DNA of 64,000 nt from positions 1,054,001 through 1,118,000 of the forward strand of contig OZ249445.1 in NCBI GenBank assembly GCA_965235115.1, written 5' to 3'. Below are positions 50,701 through 62,384 of the stretch, piece by piece. The DNA is from Laetmonice hystrix (lineage: Eukaryota). The notes beneath the pieces were generated by a model. The model did not search any database. It was not told the DNA's origin and worked only from the letters and a program-made list of their open reading frames with translations. Both the position numbers and the translations under genes were made by a program. How positions within the stretch are numbered: position 1 is the stretch's first letter; each line of letters opens with the position of its first letter.

Positions 50701-53700
50701 GATGCACTCCTTACCTATAGCTGGGCATGGTGTATTATCAAGTTTACTGTGTTGGGATGCACTCCTTACCTATAGCTGGGCATGGTGTATTATCAAGTTT
50801 ACTGTGTTGGGATGCACTCCTTACCTATAGCTGGGCATGATGTATTATCAAGTTTACTGTGTTGGGATGCACTCCTTACCTATAGCTGGGCATGATGTAT
50901 TATCAAGTTTACTGTGTTGGGATGCACTCCTTACCTAGAGGTGGGCATGATGTATTATCAAGTTTACTGTGTTGGGATGCACTCCTTACCTAGAGCTGGG
51001 CATGGTGTATTATCAAGTTTACTGTGTTGGGATGCACTCCTTACCTATAGCTGGGCATGATGTATTATCAAGTTTACTGTGTTGGGATGCACTCCTTACC
51101 TAGAGCTGGGCATGATGTATTATCAAGTTTACTGTGTTGGGATGCACTCCTTACCTATAGCTGGGGATGATGTATTATCAAGTTTACTGTGTTGGGATGC
51201 ACTCCTTACCTAGAGCTGGGCATGATGTATTATCAAGTTTACTGTGTTGGGATGCACTCCTTACCTAGAGCTGGACATGATGTATTATCAAGTTTACTGT
51301 GTTGGGATGCATTCCTTACCTAGAGCTGGGCATGGTGTATTATCAAGTTTACTGTGTTGGGATGCACTCCTTACCTATAGCTGGGCATGATGTATTATCA
51401 AGTTTACTGTGTTGGGATGCACTCCTTACCTAGAGCTGGGCATGGTGTATTATCAAGTTTACTGTGTTGGGATGCACTCCTTACCTAGAGCTGGACATGA
51501 TGTATTATCAAGTTTACTGTGTTGGGATGCACTCCTTACCTAGAGCTGGGCATGATGTATTATCAAGTTTACTGTGTTGGGATGCACTCCTTACCTAGAG
51601 CTGGGCATGATGTATTATCAAGTTTACTGTGTTGGGATGCACTCCTTACCTATAGCTGGGCATGGTGTATTATCAAGTTTACTGTGTTGGGATGCACTCC
51701 TTACCTAGAGCTGGACATGGTGTATTATCAAGTTTACTGTGTTGGGATGCATTCCTTACCTATAGCTGGGCATGATGTATTATCAAGTTTACTGTGTTGG
51801 GATGCACTCCTTACCTATAGCTGGGCATGATGTATTATCAAGTTTACTGTGTTGGGATGCACTCCTTACCTATAGTTGGACATGATGTATTATCAAGTTT
51901 ACTGTGTTGGGATGCACTCCTTACCTATAGCTGGGCATGATGTATTATCAAGTTTACTGTGTTGGGATGCACTCCTTACCTATAGCTGGGCATGATGTAT
52001 TATCAAGTTTACTGTGTTGGGATGCACTCCTTACCTATAGCTGGGCATGATGTATTATCAAGTTTACTGTGTTGGGATGCACTCCTTACCTATAGCTGGG
52101 CATGGTGTATTATCAAGTTTACTGTGTTGGGATGCACTCCTTACCTATAGCTGGGCATGGTGTATTATCAAGTTTACTGTGTTGGGATGCACTCCTTACC
52201 TATAGCTGGGCATGATGTATTATCAAGTTTACTGTGTTGGGATGCACTCCTTACCTATAGCTGGGCATGATGTATTATCAAGTTTACTGTGTTGGGATGC
52301 ACTCCTTACCTAGAGGTGGGCATGATGTATTATCAAGTTTACTGTGTTGGGATACACTCCTTACCTAGAGCTGGGCATGGTGTATTATCAAGTTTACTGT
52401 GTTGGGATGCACTCCTTACCTATAGCTGGGCATGATGTATTATCAAGTTTACTGTGTTGGGATGCACTCCTTACCTAGAGCTGGGCATGATGTATTATCA
52501 AGTTTACTGTGTTGGGATGCACTCCTTACCTATAGCTGGGCATGGTGTATTATAAAGTTTACTGTGTTGGGATGCATTCCTTACCTATAGCTGGGCATGA
52601 TGTATTATCAAGTTTACTGTGTTGGGATGCACTCCTTACCTATAGCTGGGCATGGTGTAATATCAAGTTTACTGTGTTGGGATGCACTCCTTACCTATAG
52701 CTGGGCATGGTGTATTATCAAGTTTACTGTGTTGGGATGCACTCCTTACCTATAGCTGGGCATGGTGTATTATCAAGTTTACTGTGTTGGGATGCACTCC
52801 TTACCTATAGCTGGGCATGATGTATTATCAAGTTTACTGTGTTGGGATGCACTCCTTACCTATAGCTGGGCATGATGTATTATCAAGTTTACTGTGTTGG
52901 GATGCACTCCTTACCTAGAGCTGGGCATGGTGTATTATCAAGTTTACTGTGTTGGGATGCACTCCTTACCTAGAGCTGGGCATGATGTATTATCAAGTTT
53001 ACTGTGTTGGCATGCACTCCTTACCTAGAGCTGGGCATGATGTATTATCAAGTTTACTGTGTTGGGTTGCATTCCTTACCTATAGCTGGGCATGATGTAT
53101 TATCAAGTTTACTGTGTTGGGATGCATTCCTTACCTATGCTATAGTTGGACATGATGACGGTGACTCATAGGCTTCTTCTTTTTTGCTTGCTAGTCAGAT
53201 TCTTTGAGTGTTATACTGGGCCAGTTCAGTATCCTGATCCCCCCACCCCCACCCCACCTACACACACACTTTCAAAAGAAACTGACGCCCCTGGACGGTG
53301 TATTGTAAAGTTTAAGTTACTGAGATGTTTTGTTACTCCTTACCCAAGGCTGGCAGTCCCCGGGCAGGCCCGCTGTGTTCGGTGGACATCGATCTGTCCA
53401 GAGTCACGGCTGGAGGTCTCTGCCACTGATGCATCTCGTGTACTGTCAGGCCGGTCAGCTGAAAGTGAATGAAAGAACCACAGTTAGAGACACAAGGCTG
53501 ATTCTGCTGTGAACTCATGACTCAAGGACTAATATACACAAAGTAGGAAGCACGGGTCAGTGCGACCTTTATACTGGTTTGGGACTGACCCAGTAGAAGC
53601 AGTTAGATGTTGGAGGTTGGACGATGGCTCAGTCTGAGATTGGTGGACTCAGCGGTTCGTGTTCAGTCTCCCGGGCACTGGGAGGGGAGGGGGTGTGGAG

Positions 53701-56700
53701 AGGTTGATAAGATATCTTGTGTTATCTTATAAATCAACTCGTACCCAGCGCCTATATGACACGACCCCACTTGGGCCCCATCCTTCTATACGCATACACG
53801 CTGGCGTCCGTGCACATTCCCAATTTCAAGTGGAAATCTTGAGAACTGTTTTTATGTTCTTTGCGTTTTTCCCGTCGTATCCATGTGTTTGTATATTGAG
53901 AGAAGGGGGGGGGGGGGGCTCCTCCATCGATTGACCATTAACGAGTGTCCAACGGATCCATATATCATATATTTGGCCTGCCATAAATAGCCAGTCTACC
54001 CCACCCACCCCCAAAAAACAATGATAAGTAAATAAAAGAATGCTCTACCTTTCTCTACTCTATTCCAAAAGACTCAGTAATCTGTGGGTTTCACAACCCG
54101 AGCATATTTTAAAGGACACCGAAGTGAGTGGAAGTCAATGACGTCTGATTGTCGACTACAATGTACACGGCGCGGTATCTGCCGCCATGTGGTCAGCTAT
54201 GATAGTTGTCACCTTACGGATGCCAGGTCCACGTGCGGTATCTGCCGTCATGTGGTCAGCTATGATAGCTGTCACCTTACGGATGCCAGGTCCACGTGCG
54301 GTATCTGCCGTCATGTGGTCAGCTATGATAGCTGTCACCTTACGGATGCCAGGTCCACGTGCGGTATCTGCCGCCAAGTGGTCAGCTATGATAGCTGTCA
54401 CCTTAGTGATGCCAGGTCCACGTGCGGTATCTGCCGTCATGTGGTCAGCTATGATAGCTGTCACCTTACGGATGCCAGGTCCACGTGCGGTATCTGCCGC
54501 CATGTGGTCAGCTATGATAGCTGTGACCTTACAGATGCCAGGTCCACGTGCGGTATCTGCCGCCATGTGGTCAGCTATGATAACTGTCACCTTACGGATG
54601 CCAGGTCCACGTGCGGTATCTGCCGCCATGTGGTCAGCTATGATAACTGTCACCTTACGGATGCCAGGTCCACGTGCGGTATCTGCCGTCATGTGGTCAG
54701 CTATGATAGCTGTCACGGATGCCAGGTCCACGTGCGGTATCTGCCGTCATGTGGTCAGCTATGATAGCTGTCACCTTACGGATGCCAGGTCCACGTGCGG
54801 TATCTGCCGTCATGTGGTCAGCTATGATAGCTGTCACCTTACGGATGCCAGGTCCACGTGCGGTATCTGCCGTCATGTGGTCAGCTATGATAGCTGTCAC
54901 GGATGCCAGGTCCACGTGCGGTATCTGCCGTCATGTGGTCAGCTATGATAGCTGTCACCTTACGGATGCCAGGTCCACGTGCGGTATCTGCCGTCATGTG
55001 GTCAGCTATGATAGCTGTCACCTTACGGATGCCAGGTCCACGTGCGGTATCTGCCGTCATGTGGTCAGCTATGATAGCTGACACCTTACGGATGCCAGGT
55101 CCACGTGCGGTATCTGTCGTCATGTGGTCAGCTATGATAGCTGTCACCTTACGGATGCCAGGTCCACGTGCGGTATCTGCCGTCATGTGGTCAGCTATGA
55201 TAGCTGTCACCTTACGGATGCCAGGTCCACGTGCGTAGGTAGCGTCCAACATGGCGGCAAGTCGAGACAGGAGACGCGTCACTGGAAGTGTTTGTCACAA
55301 CACGGACGTGAACTAGAAGGCGGAATACCAAGAAAAGAGACAACCATTCGACCCCCCCCCCCTCCCTCTCTCATACAATGTACAGGCCGTCCTGCCCGTG
55401 TCCTAGGCTGGCATTGAGTATAGATCCAAGGCGGATCCCATGCCCGGGTAGTTCGTGGTAACGGTGAGGGGGCCTGGCAGGCAGTCCTGACTCACCCGCC
55501 GTTAGCTGTGGAAGTGGACTGTTAGCACACGCACCGCACGGATTAAACGGAGCTCTGAGATCGAGCGGAGAAACACAAAACATAAAAAAAACTGTGGTGA
55601 TTTCAAAATAGTCTGTTTGTGAGTCAACCATGAGAATGTGGCCGAACACTTGACCTGGTTCAGTTTGACTGTTCCTATTATAGACATCCTAACGATCCGG
55701 GTATGGCGTCTAATATCTCTCACATCCTTCAATTTCAAACCAGCAAGGGCGAGAACCAACCTTTATGTTCCAACATGTACGGCCATAAACACATCATAAA
55801 TAGTTTTTAAAAACCTTACTACCTGTATTTCAGTTATATTTTGTTTTCCATAGCTTTTATATGCATCTTCAATGTCTTTGAAATGGTGCGTGTATTGAGA
55901 GCGTCTGTAGTGTCAGTGTGTGCCGGTAGAGGGTGCCAGCTATAGCTCAGCGATCCGTATGGATAACGTAACTGTGTGACGCACACCGTGTCAGCAGTTG
56001 TTCAGCAATCGTCAGAGCGAGAAGAAAACTTCTAAAAGTTGTTCAATCATGGCACACCAGGGGCCCGTTGTGCCCCTGGGGCAAGTACTTCTAAAAGTTG
56101 TTCAATCATGGCACACCAGGGGCCCGTTGTGCCCCTGGGGCAAGAACTTCTAAAAGTTGTTCAATCATGGCACACCAGGGGCCCGTTGTGCCCCTGGGGC
56201 AAGAACTTCTAAAAGTTGTTCAATCATGGCACCATGGGACCCGTTGTGCCCCTGGGGCAAGAACTTCTAAAAGTTGTTCAATCATGGCACACCAGGGGCC
56301 CGTTGTGCCCCTGGGGCAAGTACTTCTAAAAGTTGTTCAGTCATGGCACCATGGGACCCGTTGTGCCCCTGGGGCAAGAACTTCTAAAAGTTGTTCAATC
56401 ATGGCACACCAGGGGCCCGTTGTGCCCCTGGGGCAAGTACTTCTAAAAGTTGTTCAGTCATGGCACCATGGGACCCGTTGTGCCCCTGGGGCAAGAACTT
56501 CTAAAAGTTGTTCAATCATGGCACCATGGGACCCGTTGTGCCCCTGGGGCAAGAACTTCTAAAAGTTGTTCAATCATGGCACACCAGGGGCCCGTTGTGC
56601 CCCTGGGGCAAGAACTTCTAAAAGTTGTTCAATCATGGCACCATGGGACCCGTTGTGCCCCTGGGGCAAGAACTTCTAAAAGTTGTTCAATCATGGCACA

Positions 56701-57168
56701 CCAGGGGCCCGTTGTGCCCCTGGGGCAAGAACTTCTAAAAGTTGTTCAGTCATGGCACCATGGGATCCGTTGTGCCCCTGGGGCAAGGACTTCTAAAAGT
56801 TGTTCAGTCATGGCACCATGGGACCCGTTGTGCCCCTGGGGCCTATAGGGAAGATGGGGATCAAGGGAAACAGAACCCCCACCCCCACCCCCGAAGAACC
56901 CTCTACTTTTTAAATAATGGCAAAAGATCTTGGCATGCCGTGTGGTACAGACCCTGCCCCAGCTGCCGCACAGTATTGTGGAGAACCAGCAAGAACAATA
57001 TACTGGAACTAAAGATTCAGATTCATGTGTGCCATGCAGCGGAGTCTGCAATCCGACACTGGACCACTTCCATGCACCCCAGACATCTCTCCAATCGTCG
57101 CCTCAGGATAAAGTAGAAACGATGAGGGAGCATGTGGTAATCCGGCTTACCTGGATGTTTCGGTTCAT
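40496..57168 (-). CDS. ETV6: Spliced gene model: TEL/ETV6-ETV7/Yan-group ETS transcription factor (PNT/SAM + ETS), 9 coding exons, 1024 aa predicted
   Basis: Exons 57151-57168, 53344-53458, 49182-49289, 47612-47713, 44117-44617, 43375-44001, 43098-43199, 42210-42456 and 40496-41750 all have AG/GT boundaries with compatible phases and sum to 3075 nt (1024 aa + stop). PNT (PQLWSRDDVRDWITW...MNGKALCMLTKDDF...GDVIFNTLQ) and ETS (LLWEFIYQLL...WGRQKNRANMTYEKLSRALRYYY) resemble TEL/ETV6 as I recall it. The symbol denotes the ETV6/ETV7/yan group, not strict orthology. Confidence 0.85.
40775..41440 (-). repeat. Coding minisatellite, 39/30-bp units, 18 copies, in the ETS terminal exon
   Basis: All unit lengths are multiples of 3, so the frame is preserved. 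Confidence 0.93.
41975..42250 (-). repeat. 69-bp tandem array spanning the ETS-exon donor, 4 copies
   Basis: ACAG|GTGAGG recurs at 42209, 42140, 42071 and 42002. A 12-bp array at 41893-41975 abuts it. Confidence 0.95.
42210..42456 (-). CDS. ETV6: ETS gene exon 8, ETS DNA-binding domain
   Basis: ORF 42206..42481 gives DPKLLWEFIYQLLRDPAYDSCVRWEDESQFIFRIVNPASLASLWGRQKNRANMTYEKLSRALRYYYRMNIIVKVPSRRLTYR. Acceptor ttgttttcAG, donor ACAG|GTGAGG, phase 1->2. Confidence 0.95.
42430..42885 (-). repeat. 55-bp tandem array spanning the ETS-exon acceptor, 8 copies
   Basis: cAG|GCGACCCTAAACTGCTG recurs at 42457, 42512, 42579, 42634, 42689, 42744, 42799 and 42854. Confidence 0.95.
43098..43199 (-). CDS. 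ETV6: ETS gene exon 7 (VRSLPMQIPVPVKAASERLEDCFTADGVDVDGNS-G)
   Basis: Acceptor ctttctcgtcctAG, donor TCGG|GTGAGT, 102 nt open frame, phase 1->1. It links in frame to GDPKLLWEF. Confidence 0.75.
43375..44001 (-). CDS. ETV6: ETS gene exon 6, linker with 13-aa repeat (GVAMVTAPRHDST) and an acidic patch
   Basis: ORF 43256..43996. Acceptor caatttcAG; best in-phase donor ACTG|GTGAGG; 627 nt, phase 1->1. The donor choice is less certain than the acceptor. Confidence 0.65.
43565..43855 (-). repeat. Coding minisatellite, 39-bp unit, ~7.5 copies, in ETS exon 6
   Basis: Encodes GVAMVTAPRHDST and contains GTTACCATAGCAAC. Confidence 0.93.
44117..44617 (-). CDS. ETV6: ETS gene exon 5, Ser/Pro-rich linker with PLNLS motif
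   Basis: ORF 44070..44636. Acceptor tttctgatttcAG, donor AGGA|GTGAGT, 501 nt, phase 1->1. Confidence 0.75.
44660..44942. repeat. 24-bp tandem array, ~12 copies, ~40 nt upstream of the exon 5 acceptor
   Basis: GAACGGACATATTGGAAAGTTAAC repeated. Confidence 0.95.
45295..45512. repeat. 22-bp tandem array, ~10 copies
   Basis: GTCCATGTGGACGTACCGTATG repeated. Confidence 0.95.
45775..46075. repeat. ~45-55-bp tandem array
   Basis: CGTCACGGCACGCAATCACCGTATGCCTATAGTTATATAAGTG core. Confidence 0.9.
46750..47315. repeat. 43-bp tandem array, ~13 copies
   Basis: CCGGGGCCTGGTCCACTGCCGATATAACGAATGGTTTCAGAAA repeated. Confidence 0.95.
47517..47625 (-). repeat. 21-bp tandem array spanning the exon 4 donor, 5 donors
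   Basis: CAAG|GTGGGTAC at 47611, 47590, 47569, 47548 and 47527. Confidence 0.95.
47612..47713 (-). CDS. ETV6: ETS gene exon 4, C-terminal half of PNT domain (GKALCMLTKDDFNDRATNVGDVIFNTLQSCIASQ)
   Basis: Lies within ORF 47454..47744. Acceptor ttgtttcAG, donor CAAG|GTGGGT, 102 nt, phase 1->1. It completes the MNGKAL.LTK.DF motif. Confidence 0.9.
47698..48557 (-). repeat. 41-bp tandem array spanning the exon 4 acceptor, ~20 copies
   Basis: CTGACGTGGTGCGCCTTGTTTCAG|GCAAAGCCTTGTGTATT on the minus strand. Confidence 0.96.
48560..49185 (-). repeat. 38/41-bp tandem array spanning the exon 3 donor, ~16 units
   Basis: AATG|GT(T/C)AGTCC recurs in each unit; GT is lost in two copies. Confidence 0.93.
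49182..49289 (-). CDS. ETV6: ETS gene exon 3, N-terminal half of PNT/SAM domain (CHPQLWSRDDVRDWITWCVEEYALDGVQLEKFAMN-G)
   Basis: Translated by hand; not in the ORF track. Acceptor cattcAG, donor AATG|GTTAGT, 108 nt, phase 1->1, with a classic PNT motif. Confidence 0.9.
49482..53140. repeat. 55-bp tandem array, ~66 copies, filling most of ETS intron 2
   Basis: ACTGTGTTGGGATGCACTCCTTACCTA(T/G)AGCTGGGCATG(A/G)TGTATTATCAAGTTT repeated. Confidence 0.97.
53344..53458 (-). CDS. ETV6: ETS gene exon 2 (LTGLTVHEMHQWQRPPAVTLDRSMSTEHSGPARGLPAL-G)
   Basis: Acceptor ttcactttcAG, donor TTGG|GTAAGG, 115 nt, phase 0->1. It joins to give LPALGCHPQLWSRDDV, the start of the PNT domain. Confidence 0.7.
54170..55235. 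repeat. 63/54-bp tandem array, ~17 copies
   Basis: Read directly; source of several spurious ORFs. Confidence 0.96.
56030..56845. repeat. 57/55-bp two-variant tandem array
   Basis: ACTTCTAAAAGTTGTTCAATCATGGCAC...GTTGTGCCCCTGGGGCAAG repeated. Confidence 0.95.
57151..57168 (-). CDS. ETV6: ETS gene putative first coding exon (MNRNIQ); whole exon 57151-57183
   Basis: Acceptor ctcaaccAG follows a long (TC)n tract, and donor CAG|GTAAGC is phase 0, matching the next exon. The frame is also open upstream of this ATG, so the true start could lie further 5'. Confidence 0.5.
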
Positions 57169-57189
57169 GTCTTGGATATGGCACTGGTT

Positions 57190-57190
57190 G

Positions 57191-57221
<31 letters not shown>

Positions 57222-57332
57222 GACAGTGAGAGAGAGACAGAGTAACAGATAGAGTGACACTCTATAGAGAGAGAGGCGCAGAGGCTGACAGAGACAGAGA
57301 GAGAGAAGCAGAGAGAGAGGGGGAGAGAGAAT

Positions 57333-57400
<68 letters not shown>
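57190..57400. repeat. (GA)n/(GACA)n microsatellite forming the polypyrimidine tract of the first ETS coding exon
   Basis: Read directly. Confidence 0.93.
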
Positions 57401-57404
<4 letters not shown>

Positions 57405-58589
57405 GGAAGGAAGTGGGCGGTGGGGTCTCCAAGCCGAGATAGACTACAATGTGTTATCAACTTATCGGCCAACTTACCGTATCAGATCACTGGGACAGTC
57501 AACTTCCGCTCGACCAGCTATAGCTCCAGTAATGATCCACTTCCAAATCCACCCAGCATGTATCTAGGCCTGCACACAGTGTGAAAACTAGCGATACCAT
57601 ATCCTGACATAGTCCTAACGGAATGTCATGTAGGAGAGATTGTTTCCAGGGCTCCACCTACGGTTCATGTATTGTTGTCCCCTCCGTTCTGGTTGATCCG
57701 CTGGTATATAGCGCCGTCCTCGTTCTGTGATCCCGTTTATAGCGGTGACAGTGGTTGTGGTGGTCCCCGTACACGATAAGACCCCTTGTCTGTGTGTGTG
57801 TGTTGTATGGGTGTGTGTGAGTTGTATGTGTGTGTGTGAGTGGGGCGGTAGTAGTTATCCAGTGACACCCGCCCCACGCGGATGTGGAAATAGTCAGGAT
57901 GGTTGTTTGGCTCGTTGACAATAATGGCCTGCTCGGGTCACACTGAGCGAGCTGGGCCGCCCGCCCGGTGGTTCCCCTGCCTCGGCGGGGGGCAGCAGGT
58001 CCCTGAACCTCACGGGACACCCTTTCCCGTACGGAGCACATGGAGAGGGGGTGCCTGAGCGGGGGTGACTACAGGAGTAGTACCCGTACACTGTAGCTCC
58101 ACTTCCTGAGAGAAAATAAAAGATCTATCAGTGATCAGAGGAGTTTTATTAAATCGGCACTAAGAGCAGTCTACCCCTGCAGTTAATGTGGGCGGCTGTT
58201 TGTGTGTATGTGGTAGGGGCCGAGCGGAACCACCTCCCACCTCCCGCTACCAGTCTCCAGTACCGCCGTGTCCCACTAAACCCGGAACTCGGCGCCAGTC
58301 ACGGGTCAACAACACATGTATCGGGGGGGGGGGGGACATTCGGCAACCACCACCACCGTCACCACCACCGCCACCACCACCACCACCACTTCCCCTTTCT
58401 CAGAATCCCTCCGTACTTCTGTCTGTACGACCAGCGGCCAGTCCGCCTCCACCACACGGTGCCTATGTCAGCTGGAAATATAAACATGTCAAATAACTAG
58501 AACCATCATGGATGAAAAGGTCGAGGCCCGTCCTTCACGCTCTGCCTACGTATGTGTGTGGGTACTTAAACAAATATGGGATCCCTTCT

Positions 58590-60155
58590 TATTATAGTCA
58601 ATGTAGGGGCCCTTGAGTGGCCATCCTATACCTCATAGTCAATGTAGGAGCCGTTGAGTGGCCATCCTATACCTCATAGTCAATGTAGGAGCCGTTGAGT
58701 GGCCATCCTATACCTCATAGTCAATGTAGGAGCCGTTGAGTGGCCATCCTATACCTCATAGTCAATGTAGGAGCCGTTGAGTGGCCATCCTATACCTCAT
58801 AGTCAATGTAGGGGCCCTTGAGTAGCCATCCTATACCTCATAGTCAATGTAGGAGCCCTTGAGTGGCCATCCTATACCTCATAGTCAATGTAGGGGCCCT
58901 TCAGTGGCCATCCTATACCTCATAGTCAATGTAGGGCCCTTGAGTGACCATCCTATGCCTCATAGTCAATGTAGGAGCCCTTGAGTGGCCATCCTATACC
59001 TCATAGTCAATGTAGGAGCCCTTCACTGGCCATCCTATACCTCATAGTCAATGTAGGAGCCCTTGAGTGGCCATCCTATACCTCATAGTCAATGTAGGGG
59101 CCCTTGAGTGGCCATCCTATACCTCATAGTCAATGTAGGAGCCCTTGAGTGGCCATCCTATACCTCATAGTCAATGTAGGGGCCCTTCAGTGGCCATCCT
59201 ATACCTCATAGTCAATGTAGGGGCCCTTCAGTGGCCATCCTATACCTCATAGTCAATGTAGGGGCCCTTCAGTGGCCATCCTATACCTCATAGTCAATGT
59301 AGGGGCCCTTCAGTGGCCATCCTATACCTCATAGTCAATGTAGGAGCCCTTGAGTGGCCATACTATACCTCATAGTCAATGTAGGAGCCCTTGAGTGACC
59401 ATCCTATACCTCATAGTCAATGTAGGGGCCCTTCAGTGGCCATCCTATACCTCATAGTCAATGTAGGGGCCCTTGAGTAACCATCCTATACCTCATAGTC
59501 AATGTAGGGGCCCTTGAGTGACCATCCTATACCTCATAGTCAATGTAGGAGCCCTTCACTGGCCATCCTATACCTCATAGTCAATGTAGGGGCCCTTCAG
59601 TGGCCATCCTATACCTCATAGTCAATGTAGGGGCCCTTGAGTGGCCATCCTATACCTCATAGTCAATGTAGGGGCCCTTCAGTGGCCATCCTATACCTCA
59701 TAGTCAATGTAGGGGCCCTTGAGTGACCATCCTATACCTCATAGTCAATGTAGGGCCCTTGAGTGGCCATCCTATACCTCATAGTCAATGTAGGAGCCCT
59801 TGAGTGGCCATCCTATACCTCATAGTCAATGTAGGAGCCCTTGAGTGACCATCCTATACCTCATAGTCAATGTAGGGGCCCTTGAGTGACCATCCTATAC
59901 CTCATAGTCAATGTAGGGGCCCTTCAGTGGCCATCCTATACCTCATAGTCAATGTAGGGGCCCTTCAGTGGCCATCCTATACCTCATAGTCAATGTAGGG
60001 GCCCTTGAGTGGCCATCCTATACCTCATAGTCAATGTAGGGGCCCTTGAGTGACCATCCTATACCTCATAGTCAATGTAGGGGCCCTTGAGTGACCATCC
60101 TATACCTCATAGTCAATGTAGGGGCCCTTGAGTGACCATCCTATACCTCATAGTC
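58590..60155. repeat. 41-bp tandem array, ~38 copies
   Basis: CTCATAGTCAATGTAGGGGCCCTTGAGTGGCCATCCTATAC repeated. Confidence 0.97.
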
Positions 60156-60485
60156 ACCCCTCACCCTCACCTCACCCCACCTCACCCCCGTCACCCCCAC
60201 CTCACCCCACCTCACCCCCGTCACCCCCACCTCACCCCACCTCACCCTCACATCACCCCCACCTCACCCCACCTCACCCTCACATCACCCCCACCTCACC
60301 CCACCTCACCCTCACATCACCCCGACCTCACCTTCACCTCACCCCACCTCACCTCACCCTTACATCACCCCCACATCACCCCCACCTCACCACACCTTCC
60401 CCCCCACACCTCACTCCCTTCACCCCCACCTCCCCCACCCCACCCCTCACCTCCCCACCCCACCCCACCCCACCTCACCCCTCCC
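60156..60485. repeat. C-rich low-complexity tract (CCTCACCCCA-like)
   Basis: Read directly. Confidence 0.9.
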
Positions 60486-60714
60486 CATGCCTCTGTCCCA
60501 TGTCACGGCCCGGTGAAGTGACCCCAGGAGGTCAGCCCATCATGTGGAAACATACACTGTGTACGCCTGGAAGTAGAAACAAGGAAGTATTAACTGGGTG
60601 ATCGCGTTGTTGTAAGAAACCAGTCGACCGAATCAAACCCGTCTCGCCCATCTCCACTTTAAACAGCTGGCAAGCAACAACTGTAAATCAGGTCATTATT
60701 TTGTCAAGCAACGG

Positions 60715-62035
60715 ACTCCAGTATCAGTGTTGTCCTCGGACCTCGTATAACAGTTACTCCAGTATCAGTGTTGTCCTCGGACCTCGTACAACAGTTACTC
60801 CAGTATCAGTGTTGTCCTCGGACCTCGTATAACAGTTACTCCAGTATCAGTGTTGTCCTCGGACCTAGTACAACAGTTACTCCAGTATCAGTGTTGTCCT
60901 CGGACCTAGTACAACAGTTACTCCAGTATCAGTGTTGTCCTCGGACCTCGTATAACAGTTACTCCAGTATCAGTGTTGTCCTCGGACCTCGTATAACAGT
61001 TCCTCCAGTATCAGTGTTGTCCTCGGACCTCGTATAACAGTTCCTCCAGTATCAGTGTTGTCCTCGGACCTCGTATAACAGTTACTCCAGTATCAGTGTT
61101 GTCCTCGGACCTAGTACAACAGTTACTCCAGTATCAGTGTTGTCCTCGGACCTCGTATAACAGTTACTCCAGTATCAGTGTTGTCCTCGGACCTCGTATA
61201 ACAGTTACTCCAGTATCAGTGTTGTCCTCGGACCTCGTATAACAGTTACTCCAGTATCAGTGTTGTCCTCGGACCTCGTATAACAGTTACTCCAGTATCA
61301 GTGTTGTCCTCGGACCTCGTATAACAGTTACTCCAGTATCAATGTTGTACTCCTCGAACCTCGTATAACAGTTACTCCAGTATCAGTGTTGTCCTCGGAC
61401 CTCGTATAACAGTTACTCCAGTATCAGTGTTGTCCTCGGACCTCGTATAACAGTTACTCCAGTATAAGTGTTGTCCTCGGACCTCGTACAACAGTTACTC
61501 CAGTATCAGTGTTGTCCTCGGACCTCGTATAACAGTTACTCCAGTATCAGTGTTGTCCTCGGACCTAGTACAACAGTTACTCCAGTATCAGTGTTGTTCT
61601 CGGACCTAGTATAACAGTTACTCCAGTATCAGTGTTGTCCTCTGACCTCGTATAACAGTTACTCCAGTATAAGTGTTGTCCTCGGACCTCGTATAACAGT
61701 TACTCCAGTATCAGTGTTGTCCTCGGACCTAGTACAACAGTTACTCCAGTATCAGTGTTGTCCTCGGACCTCGTATAACAGTTACTCCAGTATCAGTGTT
61801 GTCCTCGGACCTCGTATAACAGTTACTTCAGTATCAGTGTTGTCCTCGGACCTCGTATAACAGTTCCTCCAGTATCAGTGTTGTCCTCGGACCTCGTATA
61901 ACAGTTCCTCCAGTATCAGTGTTGTCCTCGGACCTCGTATAACAGTTACTCCAGTATCAATGTTGTACTCCTCGAACCTCGTATAACAGTTACTCCAGTA
62001 TCAGTGTTGTCCTCGGACCTCGTATAACAGTTACG
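60715..62035. repeat. 41-bp tandem array, ~32 copies
   Basis: CCAGTATCAGTGTTGTCCTCGGACCTCGTATAACAGTTACT repeated. Confidence 0.97.
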
Positions 62036-62384
62036 GGAATGTTGACGCTTCTAATCCATAAATCGGTAATGTTGACTTTTCTGATCCATGGATTGGGAAA
62101 GGTGACGCTTAATTTTGATCCGTAGATCGTGAAAGTTGATGTTTCTGATCCATTGGAACAACCACATCCGCGTAGTTTGACCCATTTTGTAGAATAATTT
62201 CACGTTTGTATGATACAGTGAAATACTTTTTGCTTTGGTATTTGACTTTTGCAAGGGTCATCTTCTTCAGTTCAGGCTACAATATGCATGATCATTAGGT
62301 CTCGGGCCTGCCTAGGGACTTGAATGTATATTGTGTTTGCTAGATCAGTTCTCTCTGATTGGGGAGATATTGCGACTGTTGGAT

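Noticed and set aside
57161-58500. Poly-Leu/Ser, poly-Glu/Arg and poly-His/Pro ORFs (also 18161-18516, 60128-60601)
   Set aside because: They are translations of microsatellite or low-complexity DNA.
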